Positions 8,002 through 15,749 of a DNA stretch of 46,013 nt are shown one piece after another. Location of the stretch: contig PEUU01000025.1 of assembly GCA_002781185.1 (NCBI GenBank), positions 1 to 46,013 on the forward strand. Direction: 5' to 3'. The notes under the pieces were generated by a model. That model searched no databases and was not told the DNA's origin. It saw only the letters and a program-made list of their open reading frames with translations. How positions within the stretch are numbered: position 1 is the first letter of the stretch; each line of letters begins with the position of its first letter. Both the position numbers and the translations under genes were made by a program. The DNA is from Candidatus Jorgensenbacteria bacterium CG03_land_8_20_14_0_80_38_39. Lineage in GTDB: Bacteria; Patescibacteriota; Minisyncoccia; UBA6257; GWB1-50-10.

Positions 8002-8363
8002 ATTGAGGGATAAAAAACTTTATAAATTAAAAAAGGCGGAATTAAAAGCCAAACAATATACAAGACCAAAGCGGCGATTAAAATCAAACCGTAAACTAAA
8101 ATAGAAATCAAAACTCGGGAAGTCCGAAAAATAAATCCCAAAATATAACCCAAAAGGCTGTAATCTTGATAAAGAGGTTGAAAAAAAAATTTTAAAGTCA
8201 CCCGCAAAGCAAAGATTCTATCCAATCTTTCCAAAATATTAATGACGAAGTCTGAATACTTTAAAAAGCTTTTAAAGTACCAATGGCGGATAAATTCAAA
8301 AAGACGGTAAAAAAACCTTTCAATTAAATAAGAAATGGCAAAATCCGGTTTAACTAATTTCAT
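7998..8363 (-). CDS. Hypothetical small membrane protein, translationally coupled to the Clp-like ATPase
   Basis: 121 aa with C-terminal hydrophobic helices. Its stop overlaps the Clp-like start by 4 nt. Confidence 0.45.
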   Translation of the reverse strand: MKLVKPDFAISYLIERFFYRLFEFIRHWYFKSFLKYSDFVINILERLDRIFALRVTLKFFFQPLYQDYSLLGYILGFIFRTSRVLISILVYGLILIAALVLYIVWLLIPPFLIYKVFYPSI

Positions 8364-8390
8364 TACTATAATTATACTTTATTTTTTCCG

Positions 8391-9671
8391 CTAAAATAAG
8401 GATTTTTGAGCGGCCAAATTTTCTCGTTCGTTTTCTTCAAAAATCTTAATTTTCCCGTATTCGCCGTCGTAGCCAGGTTCAATATAAACCCTGCCTTGCC
8501 GCATTTTGATTACTCCCTCAGCAATGACTGGCGGAAGTTTTGACTTTAACTCTGCCTCGCTGGCATTAATTAAAATATTAAATTCTGAACCAAAGTTTTT
8601 AATCGCTTCTTCGTATTCTCTCCAAACTCCCTTAGTGTTTACCCCCAAATTTAAGCTTTCGGCAATTACTTCATCAAAAGGAATAAAACTATAATACGGC
8701 TTGGCCCAAGCTGGCTTGAATCCTATTGGTCGATCTTCAGGCGCAAGCTCATCAATTCTTGCCATAACCCCAACTGTAACCAGTTTGCCACAAACCGGAC
8801 AAAGCCCCCTGTGTTTTTTTGTTTCTTCTGGTGAAAATCTAATTTTACAGCCGGCATGGCCATCATAATGATAACGGCCTTCTTCTGGGAAAAATTCTAT
8901 CGTACCAATCAGTCTTTGATCACGAGCGCGAATCGCTTCCATTATTCCTTTATAAGACAAATCAGTGTCAAAAATAGTGGCTTCGCGGCCGATACGATGC
9001 AATGAATGCGAATCAGAACTGGAAATTATTGCTTTATTGTCTAAAAAGGGAATACGCCAGCACATTGGCGGGTCAGCGGACAAGCCAGTTTCTATTGCAA
9101 AAATATGCGATTCAAGTTCATCAAAACATTCGCGGAGCGAATCAAATCCAGATTTTGAGCCAAATACGCCAAAATACGGAGTCCAAACGTGAGCCGGAAT
9201 CAAAACACATTCAGGCGAAGCGGTAAGCAAAATTTTCAACAATTCTTTTGAGTCAATACCAATTATCGGCCGACCGTCAGATTTTAATTTGCCTACCCAG
9301 CCAAGTTGAACATTAATTTTTTCTACTATTTCAATTGAAGGTGCGTAAATCAAATGATGAACGCGCCGCACTTTATTATTTTTACTATAAATACAGCTAA
9401 TCTCGCCGCTTAAAATAAATCTGGTTTGGAGCGGATCAACGCCTGTTTTATCTTTTATAACAAATTTTTCTCTAATCTTAAAAAGCCCGGTTTCGGCTGG
9501 CTCTAATTTCTCTTTGATTTCCTCCAGCCAAAGCGGGTGGGTAAAATCGCCAGTGCCTAAAACTTTAATGCCTTTTTTCGCCCCCCAAAGAGCTAAATTT
9601 TCCAGCAACATCTGAGGACTCACTGCCCGAGCGTATTTTGAATGGATTTCTAGGTCAGCAATAAATTTCAT
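8391..9671 (-). CDS. PHP-like metal-dependent nuclease resembling endonuclease Q (TIGR00375-type)
   Basis: 426 aa. N-terminus ADLEIHSKYARAVS...GTGDFTHPLWL, a CxxC zinc-knuckle (GLCPVCGKLVTVGV) and SSDSHS. Length and motif order match my memory of EndoQ; not verified by search. Confidence 0.55.
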   Translation of the reverse strand: MKFIADLEIHSKYARAVSPQMLLENLALWGAKKGIKVLGTGDFTHPLWLEEIKEKLEPAETGLFKIREKFVIKDKTGVDPLQTRFILSGEISCIYSKNNKVRRVHHLIYAPSIEIVEKINVQLGWVGKLKSDGRPIIGIDSKELLKILLTASPECVLIPAHVWTPYFGVFGSKSGFDSLRECFDELESHIFAIETGLSADPPMCWRIPFLDNKAIISSSDSHSLHRIGREATIFDTDLSYKGIMEAIRARDQRLIGTIEFFPEEGRYHYDGHAGCKIRFSPEETKKHRGLCPVCGKLVTVGVMARIDELAPEDRPIGFKPAWAKPYYSFIPFDEVIAESLNLGVNTKGVWREYEEAIKNFGSEFNILINASEAELKSKLPPVIAEGVIKMRQGRVYIEPGYDGEYGKIKIFEENERENLAAQKSLF

Positions 9672-9674
9672 AGG

Positions 9675-9746
9675 CGTCCCTACGAGGAATCGAACCCCGA
9701 TCTCAAGCTCCGGAGGCTTACGCTCTATCCATTGAGCTATAGGGAC
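9675..9746 (-). tRNA. tRNA-Arg (anticodon CCG), no encoded CCA
   Basis: A 72-nt cloverleaf read by hand: acceptor GTCCCTA/TAGGGAC, D arm GCTC-AATGGATA-GAGC, anticodon arm TAAGC-CTCCGGA-GCTTG (U33, CCG, G37), T arm CGGGG-TTCGATT-CCTCG, discriminator G. Confidence 0.9.
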
Positions 9747-9817
9747 AAAAAATTAAATTTTAAAAGAGGAGGCATTAAAATTATACTCCCAAGAAAAGAC
9801 ATTTTCCAGCTTGGAAT

Positions 9818-10939
9818 TTAACCAACAAAAGTGACGACCCCGTAAATAAAAGCCAGGGCGAAAATAAAATAAAGAGGCCAAATTAACCAGGCTCGGCCAT
9901 CTTGAGGAAATGCCCGGCGCCACATAGTAATTATAAAAATTGCCTCCAAAGCCAAAAAAACATTACCCGCCAAACTAATAATCGCCAGAAAATTTCTTAA
10001 ACCGATTAAATAAAGAAGTGGAGGAAGAAAAAGAACCAGCAAAGCGCTGAAAAGACGCGAGAAACGCAAATCGGAAATTAAAGTTTCTCGCAGATTAATG
10101 CCCAAAATAAAATAAGACGTCCAAATGCCGATGAGCCCAATTAGGCCCAAAAGCGTCAAAACCAAGGGGGACAAAAAACCTAAACTATTAAAAGCTTCAG
10201 GAGAAATTTGAGGGTTTAAACGCAAAATTCCCAAAACAAAAATTAAATAAACAAAAGCCGGCAGAGCCGTGCCCCAAAAAATTATTTTAGCTAAAGGAAT
10301 TTTTTTCTTTTTATCCTGAAAACGATGATAAAATTCCACTACCTTGGAAATTGCCGGCCGACCGGTCAAAGAAAACAAAAGAGGACCAAAAGGCAAAAAA
10401 AAAGTTGACCAATTAAAATTTTTCCATAAAGGCACTTGAAAAGGCCGGTTCAGACCGAGAAAGATTATCAGTCCTAAAATCAAAAAAGTGCTCCCCAAAC
10501 CGAAAAATTCCGCCATTCCCAGCCAGGAAAGTTTGGCAAAAATGAAAAGAGAGCCAAGCAGCCAAAAAATCAAAAGAAAAATCCAGCCGCTGGAACCAAA
10601 AATTAATTGGCCGAAAACCGGCGCCAAAATAAGATAAATAGTCAAAGTTAAAATCAATTCCCCTAAAATCGCCAAGGCCGCCGGCAAGGAAATAAAAGAA
10701 GGAAGATATTTTTTAGTTAAATAAAAAAATTGGTAATTGCCTTTATTAATTTCCAAAAGCCGACCGTACATCCAATGAAGGACAAAATAAATTAAAGTAA
10801 AGGCAATTAAATAAAAAATGCCGTTGATTACACCCAAACGGCTAAAAATATAAGGCAAAGAAAAAACTCCGGCGCCAATAATAGTTCCCGCCAGCAAGAC
10901 AACGCTGAAAATAAAATCTTTAGATTCCCCTGACTTCAT
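9818..10939 (-). CDS. Polytopic membrane protein, amino-acid permease-like
   Basis: 373 aa with about 10-11 TM helices. The N-terminal GAGVFSLPYIF motif is typical of amino-acid/aromatic permease families. Confidence 0.5.
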   Translation of the reverse strand: MKSGESKDFIFSVVLLAGTIIGAGVFSLPYIFSRLGVINGIFYLIAFTLIYFVLHWMYGRLLEINKGNYQFFYLTKKYLPSFISLPAALAILGELILTLTIYLILAPVFGQLIFGSSGWIFLLIFWLLGSLFIFAKLSWLGMAEFFGLGSTFLILGLIIFLGLNRPFQVPLWKNFNWSTFFLPFGPLLFSLTGRPAISKVVEFYHRFQDKKKKIPLAKIIFWGTALPAFVYLIFVLGILRLNPQISPEAFNSLGFLSPLVLTLLGLIGLIGIWTSYFILGINLRETLISDLRFSRLFSALLVLFLPPLLYLIGLRNFLAIISLAGNVFLALEAIFIITMWRRAFPQDGRAWLIWPLYFIFALAFIYGVVTFVG

Positions 10940-11211
10940 TCAACCGGATAAACCAAATCACCTTCCCGGACTTTATTGCTGACTTTAATTCCCACTTCTT
11001 GGTTCTTTTTGGCGGCTTCAATGTCTTGATGGTCGTACTGCATAGAAACGATTTTTTCTTCAAAATCAGTCGTCACTCCCTTAAAATGAATTTCCTCTCC
11101 GGCTTTAACTACCTTATTGAATTTAACAATAGCCACCCCCAAACCGCCATAATAGTGAGTGACTTTTCCGATTGGCTTTAATTCTTTACTTGAAGTTTTT
11201 TTATTCGGCAT
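10936..11211 (-). CDS. Small EF-Tu domain-2-like beta-barrel protein (translation elongation factor-like protein)
   Basis: 91 aa: GKVTHYYGGLGVAIVKF...VKAGEEIHFKG...EGDLVY pattern. Overlaps the downstream permease start by 4 nt. Confidence 0.45.
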   Translation of the reverse strand: MPNKKTSSKELKPIGKVTHYYGGLGVAIVKFNKVVKAGEEIHFKGVTTDFEEKIVSMQYDHQDIEAAKKNQEVGIKVSNKVREGDLVYPVE

Positions 11212-11242
11212 AAAAATAAAATAATCTCGACCTTTATTTTAA

Positions 11243-11863
11243 TCAATGGTTATTATTTTTCTTTTCTTCTTCTTTGATTATTTCCACTAGCCGGTCTAAA
11301 AGTTCTTTGGGGTTACTGGAAAAAATAACTTTGCCAAAACCCCGATGAGCGGTATTAATTAAATCCTTTAAAGAATCAGCGATACCGCCGGTTCCTTCTA
11401 AAACTCCGATTGGTTTTTTGTCCTCAAAAGCAATGGTAAATTCATTCATTGTTCCCATTCGGCCGCAAATAGTAATAACAGCGTCGGAAGAGCGGATTAA
11501 AAGCAAATTGCGGCCGGCGTATTCAAAACCCGTATAAACTATCAAGTCGTGGTAATCAATGGGTAAATGGTAAGTTTTTAAATGAGCCGCTTTAGAAGCA
11601 GCCGGTGAAAGACCGATAACAATTCCGCCTTCTTCTTTGGCGCCTTTGGCGGCCCAATAAGGAATGCCGGTGGTCGCCCCGGTAACTAAAATCATTCCTC
11701 GGCGGGCAATTTCCCGACCCAAGGTTTCGGCTTTTTCTGTAGCGTCCAAAGAACAAAGACCGGTTTCCGCTGCTCCGGAAACGCAAATTTTATACTTCAA
11801 ATGATAACCGTAACTAACTATTTTCGGTTTGGTCGCTGTTTTAACAGCTGTTTTGATAGGCAT
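11243..11863 (-). CDS. LOG/TIGR00725-family Rossmann-fold protein
   Basis: CVSGAAETG...GMILVTGATTGIPYWAAKGAKEEGG..IGLSP and GTMNEF motifs are typical of the LOG/DprA-like fold family. Confidence 0.6.
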   Translation of the reverse strand: MPIKTAVKTATKPKIVSYGYHLKYKICVSGAAETGLCSLDATEKAETLGREIARRGMILVTGATTGIPYWAAKGAKEEGGIVIGLSPAASKAAHLKTYHLPIDYHDLIVYTGFEYAGRNLLLIRSSDAVITICGRMGTMNEFTIAFEDKKPIGVLEGTGGIADSLKDLINTAHRGFGKVIFSSNPKELLDRLVEIIKEEEKKNNNH

Positions 11864-11871
11864 TTTAAGAA

Positions 11872-13221
11872 TTATAACATGATAGTTTCAGCTGGGAAAG
11901 GCACTTCAGCATTAACCGCCAAATTATCTTTAATTTTTTGAGCTAAAGGCAAAGATTGTTCTTCTTCGCCTTGAACGACAAAAACTTTTTTCAAAGTAAA
12001 ACGCATTGGTTTTAACCATTCCAAAATTTGCAATTGGTCAGCATGAGCCGAATAACCGCTGATGGTTCTCGCTTGAACCTTAACCGGAACTTCTTCGCCA
12101 AAAATTTTTACGGTTTTGGCGCCATCCAAAATTTGTCTTCCCAAAGAACCTTTGGCTTGATAGCCAATGAATAAAATGGTGCTCTTGGGGTCAGGCAAGT
12201 AACGAAATTCATGATGCAAAATCCGGCCGCCGTGCGACATTCCGGAACCAGCAATAATCACTTTGGGCGGCGGCACGCTGTTAATTGTTTTTGATTCTTC
12301 AACTGTTAAGGTCTTTTTCAAACCCGGAAAATTAAACAAAGTATGGTCAATCATTAAAAACCTGTTTGTTTCTTCGTTGAAATATTCCCTAAATCCCTGA
12401 TAAGCTTGGCTTAATTTTATTGCCAAAGGACTGTCAACAAAAACCGGCACTTTGGGAAGACGTTTATTTTCCACCAGTTCGTTTAAATGAAAAAGCAAAT
12501 CCTGGGTTCTTTCCATAGCAAAAGCCGGAATCATTAAAGTGCCGCCGGCTTTAATCGTGTCTTCAATCACGTCTTCCAAAAGATCCCGAAGGGCGGCAGT
12601 TGGTTCATGAATTCTGTTGCCGTAAGTTGATTCTACCAAGCAATAATCGCCTTCTTCCAAATACTCCAGGGATTTAATCAAAGGCGGCGGCGTATTGCCC
12701 AAATCTCCCGAAAAAACTAAATTTTTACCCTCAACCGAAATCTCTATAAAACTTGAACCTAAAATGTGGCCGCTGTTTAAAAATCTAACTACCAAAGAAC
12801 CCAAAAAAATTTCTTGATGATAGTCAACCGTTTCCCAACAAGCCATTAATTTCTCAATGTCTTTTAAAGTATAAAGCTCATCCAATCCTTCTCTTTCCGC
12901 TTCTTTTTTAAGAATTTCTTCGGAATCTTCCAATATCAATTGAGCAAAGACCTTTGTTGGAGGAGTGGAAAAAACTTTCCCTTTAAAACCGTCTTTAATT
13001 AATTTTGGCAAACGACCGATATGGTCAAGATGACTGTGAGTAATAAAAACCGCTGTAATTTCCGAAGGGTCATAAGGAAAAAGTTTAAAGTTTTGGCGTT
13101 CGGCATAATGGCTGCCTTGTTCCAAGCCGCAGTCAATTAAAAATTTTTCTCCTTTTTTTGATTCTAAAAGGTAATTGGCACCGGTAACCATTCTTGCCCC
13201 ACCGCAAAAAGTTAATTTCAT
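11872..13221 (-). CDS. MBL-fold beta-CASP RNA-metabolising hydrolase (RNase J/CPSF-like)
   Basis: HSHLDH metallo-beta-lactamase motif (FITHSHLDHIGRLP), a beta-CASP region, and the C-terminal GYSAHAD motif. The start is taken at ATG 13221 (MKLTFCGGAR); the track's extension to 13290 is probably spurious. Confidence 0.75.
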   Translation of the reverse strand: MKLTFCGGARMVTGANYLLESKKGEKFLIDCGLEQGSHYAERQNFKLFPYDPSEITAVFITHSHLDHIGRLPKLIKDGFKGKVFSTPPTKVFAQLILEDSEEILKKEAEREGLDELYTLKDIEKLMACWETVDYHQEIFLGSLVVRFLNSGHILGSSFIEISVEGKNLVFSGDLGNTPPPLIKSLEYLEEGDYCLVESTYGNRIHEPTAALRDLLEDVIEDTIKAGGTLMIPAFAMERTQDLLFHLNELVENKRLPKVPVFVDSPLAIKLSQAYQGFREYFNEETNRFLMIDHTLFNFPGLKKTLTVEESKTINSVPPPKVIIAGSGMSHGGRILHHEFRYLPDPKSTILFIGYQAKGSLGRQILDGAKTVKIFGEEVPVKVQARTISGYSAHADQLQILEWLKPMRFTLKKVFVVQGEEEQSLPLAQKIKDNLAVNAEVPFPAETIML

Positions 13222-13359
13222 AAAAATAAGATAGACCTTAATATTATTGTAATATAAATCTAAGATTACTACTATTGGCGCTTTAGACATTATTCCGCAG
13301 ATAGGCTACTATAATACAAATCAAGTAGACCCTTAACAACTAGATAGGAGAGGCATCAA

Positions 13360-13647
13360 TTGAACGAGACGAAGGAAAAGAAATTTGTGGGGGTCGGAGA
13401 AATCCGATGCGGGAGGGAACGCAAATTATTTGTGAAATATCTTTGGGCTTATTCAGAACCGCAATTCCGAGGTAGAATTTTTCGGAAGCTAAGAGAAGAA
13501 TATCCAAATCTGAGCTTCCGCTATCCTGACTTAGTTCAGGTGGGAACCCCTCATTTTCTTTGGAAACCGTTTGAGACTAAAGAAATCACTAATCTTCCCA
13601 AAGAGGAAGTGAAAAAAATTGTTTCCACATTGCAAAAGCCGCTTTAG
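13360..13647 (+). CDS. Hypothetical basic protein (95 aa)
   Basis: TTG start 6 nt after a strong SD (ggagagg, 13347..13353). TAG stop embedded in a terminator hairpin. No motif recognised. Confidence 0.45.
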   Translation: MNETKEKKFVGVGEIRCGRERKLFVKYLWAYSEPQFRGRIFRKLREEYPNLSFRYPDLVQVGTPHFLWKPFETKEITNLPKEEVKKIVSTLQKPL

Positions 13648-13665
13648 CTTAAAGCGGCCTTTTTA
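13634..13665. terminator. Bidirectional rho-independent terminator between convergent genes
   Basis: aaaaGCCGCTTTAgctTAAAGCGGCctttt: a 9-bp GC-containing stem with an A-tract on one side and a T-tract on the other. Confidence 0.55.
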
Positions 13666-15063
13666 TCCTTTTATTACGCCAATTGGTTTTAAACGGGCAA
13701 CTTTTTTGGCAATCCCAACTTGCTGAACAACATTAACCACTTCTTCCACGTCTTTGTAAGCCATTGGCGCTTCTTCGGCCAAGCCAGCCATTGAACCCGA
13801 CCTCACGCTAATTCCCCTTTTCTCAAGCTCTTCTTTTAAAACTGATCCGCGAACAATTTTCTTGGCTTTAGTCCGAGACATTGTCCGGCCGGCGCCATGG
13901 CAACTTGAACCAAAACTTTCTTTGAAAGAAGCTTCGGTGCCAACTAAAACATATGAGGCCGTACCCATTGAGCCGGGAATTAAAACCGGCTGGTCAGGAA
14001 AAGCCCGCGTCGCGCCTTTACGATGAACCACTACCGGTGTTGAAAAATATTCTTCAACTTTGGCAATGTTATGGCTAAGGTCATAAATTAATAACAATTT
14101 GCGACTTTGGTTTTCGCCAAAAATTTGATCCCAAGCTTTTCTGACTTCCCAGGTAATTAGTTGCCGATTGGCCCAGGCAAAATTGGCGGCCGCTGACATT
14201 GCGGCAAAATAATCCTGTCCTTCTTTTGATTTAAATGGCGCGCAAGCAAGCTGGTTATCAGGCAATTGAATTTCATATTTTGAAAGAGAATTAAGCATTA
14301 ATTTTATATAATCCGTAGCCACTTGATGCCCCAAGCCCCGGCTGCCGCAATGCACCATAATGCAAATTTGATTTTCAAAAAGTCCAAGTTTTTGAACGGT
14401 AATTTTGTCAAAAATTTCATCAACTCTTTGAATTTCCACAAAATGATTGCCGGCGCCGATTGTTCCTAATTGGTCCCGGCCGCGGTCCTTGGCATATTGA
14501 GAAACCAATTCCGGATTGGCTTCTTTTAATTGGCCTTGGGATTCGCAATTTTTTAAATCTCTTTCCGTGGCATAACCTTTTTTAAACATCTCCTCTGCCC
14601 CACTTGCTAAAACAGCGTCAAGTTCTTTATTGGCTAATTTAAGCCGTCCGCCGCGACCCACGCCCGACGGCACTTCTTTATAAATCGCTGTTGTTAAATC
14701 AGGAATTTTATCTTTAATTTCATTGTAGGTTTTATCTGACTCCAAAACTCTGATACCGCAGTTGATATCAAATCCAATTCCGCCAGGAGAAATCACGCCG
14801 TTTTTTATATCCATTGCCGCCACCCCACCTATAGGAAACCCATAGCCAGCATGGATATCGGGCATAGCGAGCGAATACTTTTGAATGCCGGGAAGAGTGG
14901 CAACATTAACAACTTGTTCTAGCGATTCATCTTTTAAAATATCATTCAACATCTTTTCGCTGGCAAAAATCCGTCCGGGCACGCGCATATCAGAACGGCA
15001 ACTCTGAGGAATTTCCCAAATATAATCTGAAATTTTTTTTAAATCGTTTTTATTAATGAGCAT
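13663..15063 (-). CDS. rtcB: RNA-splicing ligase RtcB
   Basis: Full RtcB motif set: GFDINCG, GAGNHF, HCGSRGLGHQ, HRKGATRA, GSMGTASY, SSCHGAGR. The start is taken at ATG 15063 (MLINKNDL), because the track's start at 15087 would overlap the upstream small ORF. Confidence 0.9.
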   Translation of the reverse strand: MLINKNDLKKISDYIWEIPQSCRSDMRVPGRIFASEKMLNDILKDESLEQVVNVATLPGIQKYSLAMPDIHAGYGFPIGGVAAMDIKNGVISPGGIGFDINCGIRVLESDKTYNEIKDKIPDLTTAIYKEVPSGVGRGGRLKLANKELDAVLASGAEEMFKKGYATERDLKNCESQGQLKEANPELVSQYAKDRGRDQLGTIGAGNHFVEIQRVDEIFDKITVQKLGLFENQICIMVHCGSRGLGHQVATDYIKLMLNSLSKYEIQLPDNQLACAPFKSKEGQDYFAAMSAAANFAWANRQLITWEVRKAWDQIFGENQSRKLLLIYDLSHNIAKVEEYFSTPVVVHRKGATRAFPDQPVLIPGSMGTASYVLVGTEASFKESFGSSCHGAGRTMSRTKAKKIVRGSVLKEELEKRGISVRSGSMAGLAEEAPMAYKDVEEVVNVVQQVGIAKKVARLKPIGVIKG

Positions 15064-15067
15064 ATAT

Positions 15068-15241
15068 TTAATCCTTAAATTTCTCAATCACCAAATTTTC
15101 CTTCATTTTACGAATTAATACTTTCTCTTGGACTCGCCAACCCAGTTTTCTTACATACTCAATCGGCAACGTTATATAATAACTCCGTTTTGATTTCTGA
15201 ATATTCCTAATATTTTCATCATTTAAAGTTCTTCGACTCAT
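15068..15241 (-). CDS. AbrB/MazE/SpoVT-like small DNA-binding protein (57 aa) between archease and rtcB
   Basis: Hand-translated: MSRRTLNDENIRNIQKSKRSYYITLPIEYVRKLGWRVQEKVLIRKMKENLVIEKFKD. The YITLPIEYVRKLGW...V.I pattern resembles a swapped-hairpin AbrB-type domain. The stop lies 4 nt before the rtcB ATG. Below the track cutoff. Confidence 0.4.
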   Translation of the reverse strand: MSRRTLNDENIRNIQKSKRSYYITLPIEYVRKLGWRVQEKVLIRKMKENLVIEKFKD

Positions 15242-15245
15242 AATT

Positions 15246-15254
15246 TTATTATAC
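15246..15254 (-). promoter_or_regulatory. Extended -10 promoter (TGgTATAAT) giving a leaderless or near-leaderless transcript
   Basis: The minus strand reads tggtataataaaattATG. The -10 hexamer ends 7 nt before the ATG at 15241. No good -35. Confidence 0.35.
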
Positions 15255-15267
15255 CATATTTAAATAA

Positions 15268-15295
15268 GTTGCCCTAGGTTTAAACCTAGGGCAAC
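15268..15295. terminator. Perfect 28-nt palindrome downstream of archease (candidate terminator or operator)
   Basis: gttgccctaggttt|aaacctagggcaac is perfectly self-complementary. It lies between the archease stop (15333) and the extended -10 element. Confidence 0.4.
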
Positions 15296-15332
15296 TGATC
15301 AAAAATGAATCAATAAAGAAGGTGAGTAAGAA

Positions 15333-15749
15333 TTAAATGTCAAGGGTCAATATGACTTCAAAAATACCGCGCTTATTCTGCTCAATTTCGGCTTCATGAT
15401 AAGTAACCGCCTTTATATCTTCGTCAAAATAGTCAATAGGAAAACCGAAAATTTGGGTTTCTAAACTTTTTGGCGAAAATTTCAAAAACTTTATCCGGGG
15501 ATAAATTTTTCTGTTTATTTCGCTCCGGCTCAAAACCTCGTTCAAGAAATTCACTAAAAGAATGTTAATGTCTGGCGCCTCAATAACAATCTTTTCGTAT
15601 TCCCCGGGCCGCTTCTTGAATTTTTCATATTCCGGATAAAGGATAGCGGCTAACGCCAAAGCGGCACTTTGAAAAACTTCTTCTTCTGTATGACCCTGCA
15701 CTCTTATCCGCATATCGGCCGTATGCTCTAAAATTTTAAAAGGTATCAT
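15333..15749 (-). CDS. Archease (RtcB activator)
   Basis: 138 aa. The N-terminal FKILEHTADMRIRVQG motif and C-terminal VKAVTYHE are typical of archease. Clustered with rtcB. Confidence 0.85.
   Translation of the reverse strand: MIPFKILEHTADMRIRVQGHTEEEVFQSAALALAAILYPEYEKFKKRPGEYEKIVIEAPDINILLVNFLNEVLSRSEINRKIYPRIKFLKFSPKSLETQIFGFPIDYFDEDIKAVTYHEAEIEQNKRGIFEVILTLDI

Noticed and set aside
5617-9226. Plus-strand ORFs 5617..5817, 6869..7132, 8506..8694, 8965..9192 and 9002..9226
   Set aside because: They are antisense shadows inside the Clp-like and EndoQ-like genes, with no independent support.
11592-11786. Same-strand out-of-frame ORFs: 11592..11786, 16453..16674, 23059..23310, 28263..28454, 30473..30655, 42110..42355 and 44698..44934
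   Set aside because: Each is fully embedded in, or overlaps, a longer motif-bearing CDS in another frame. Their translations are R/G/S-rich or K-rich nonsense.
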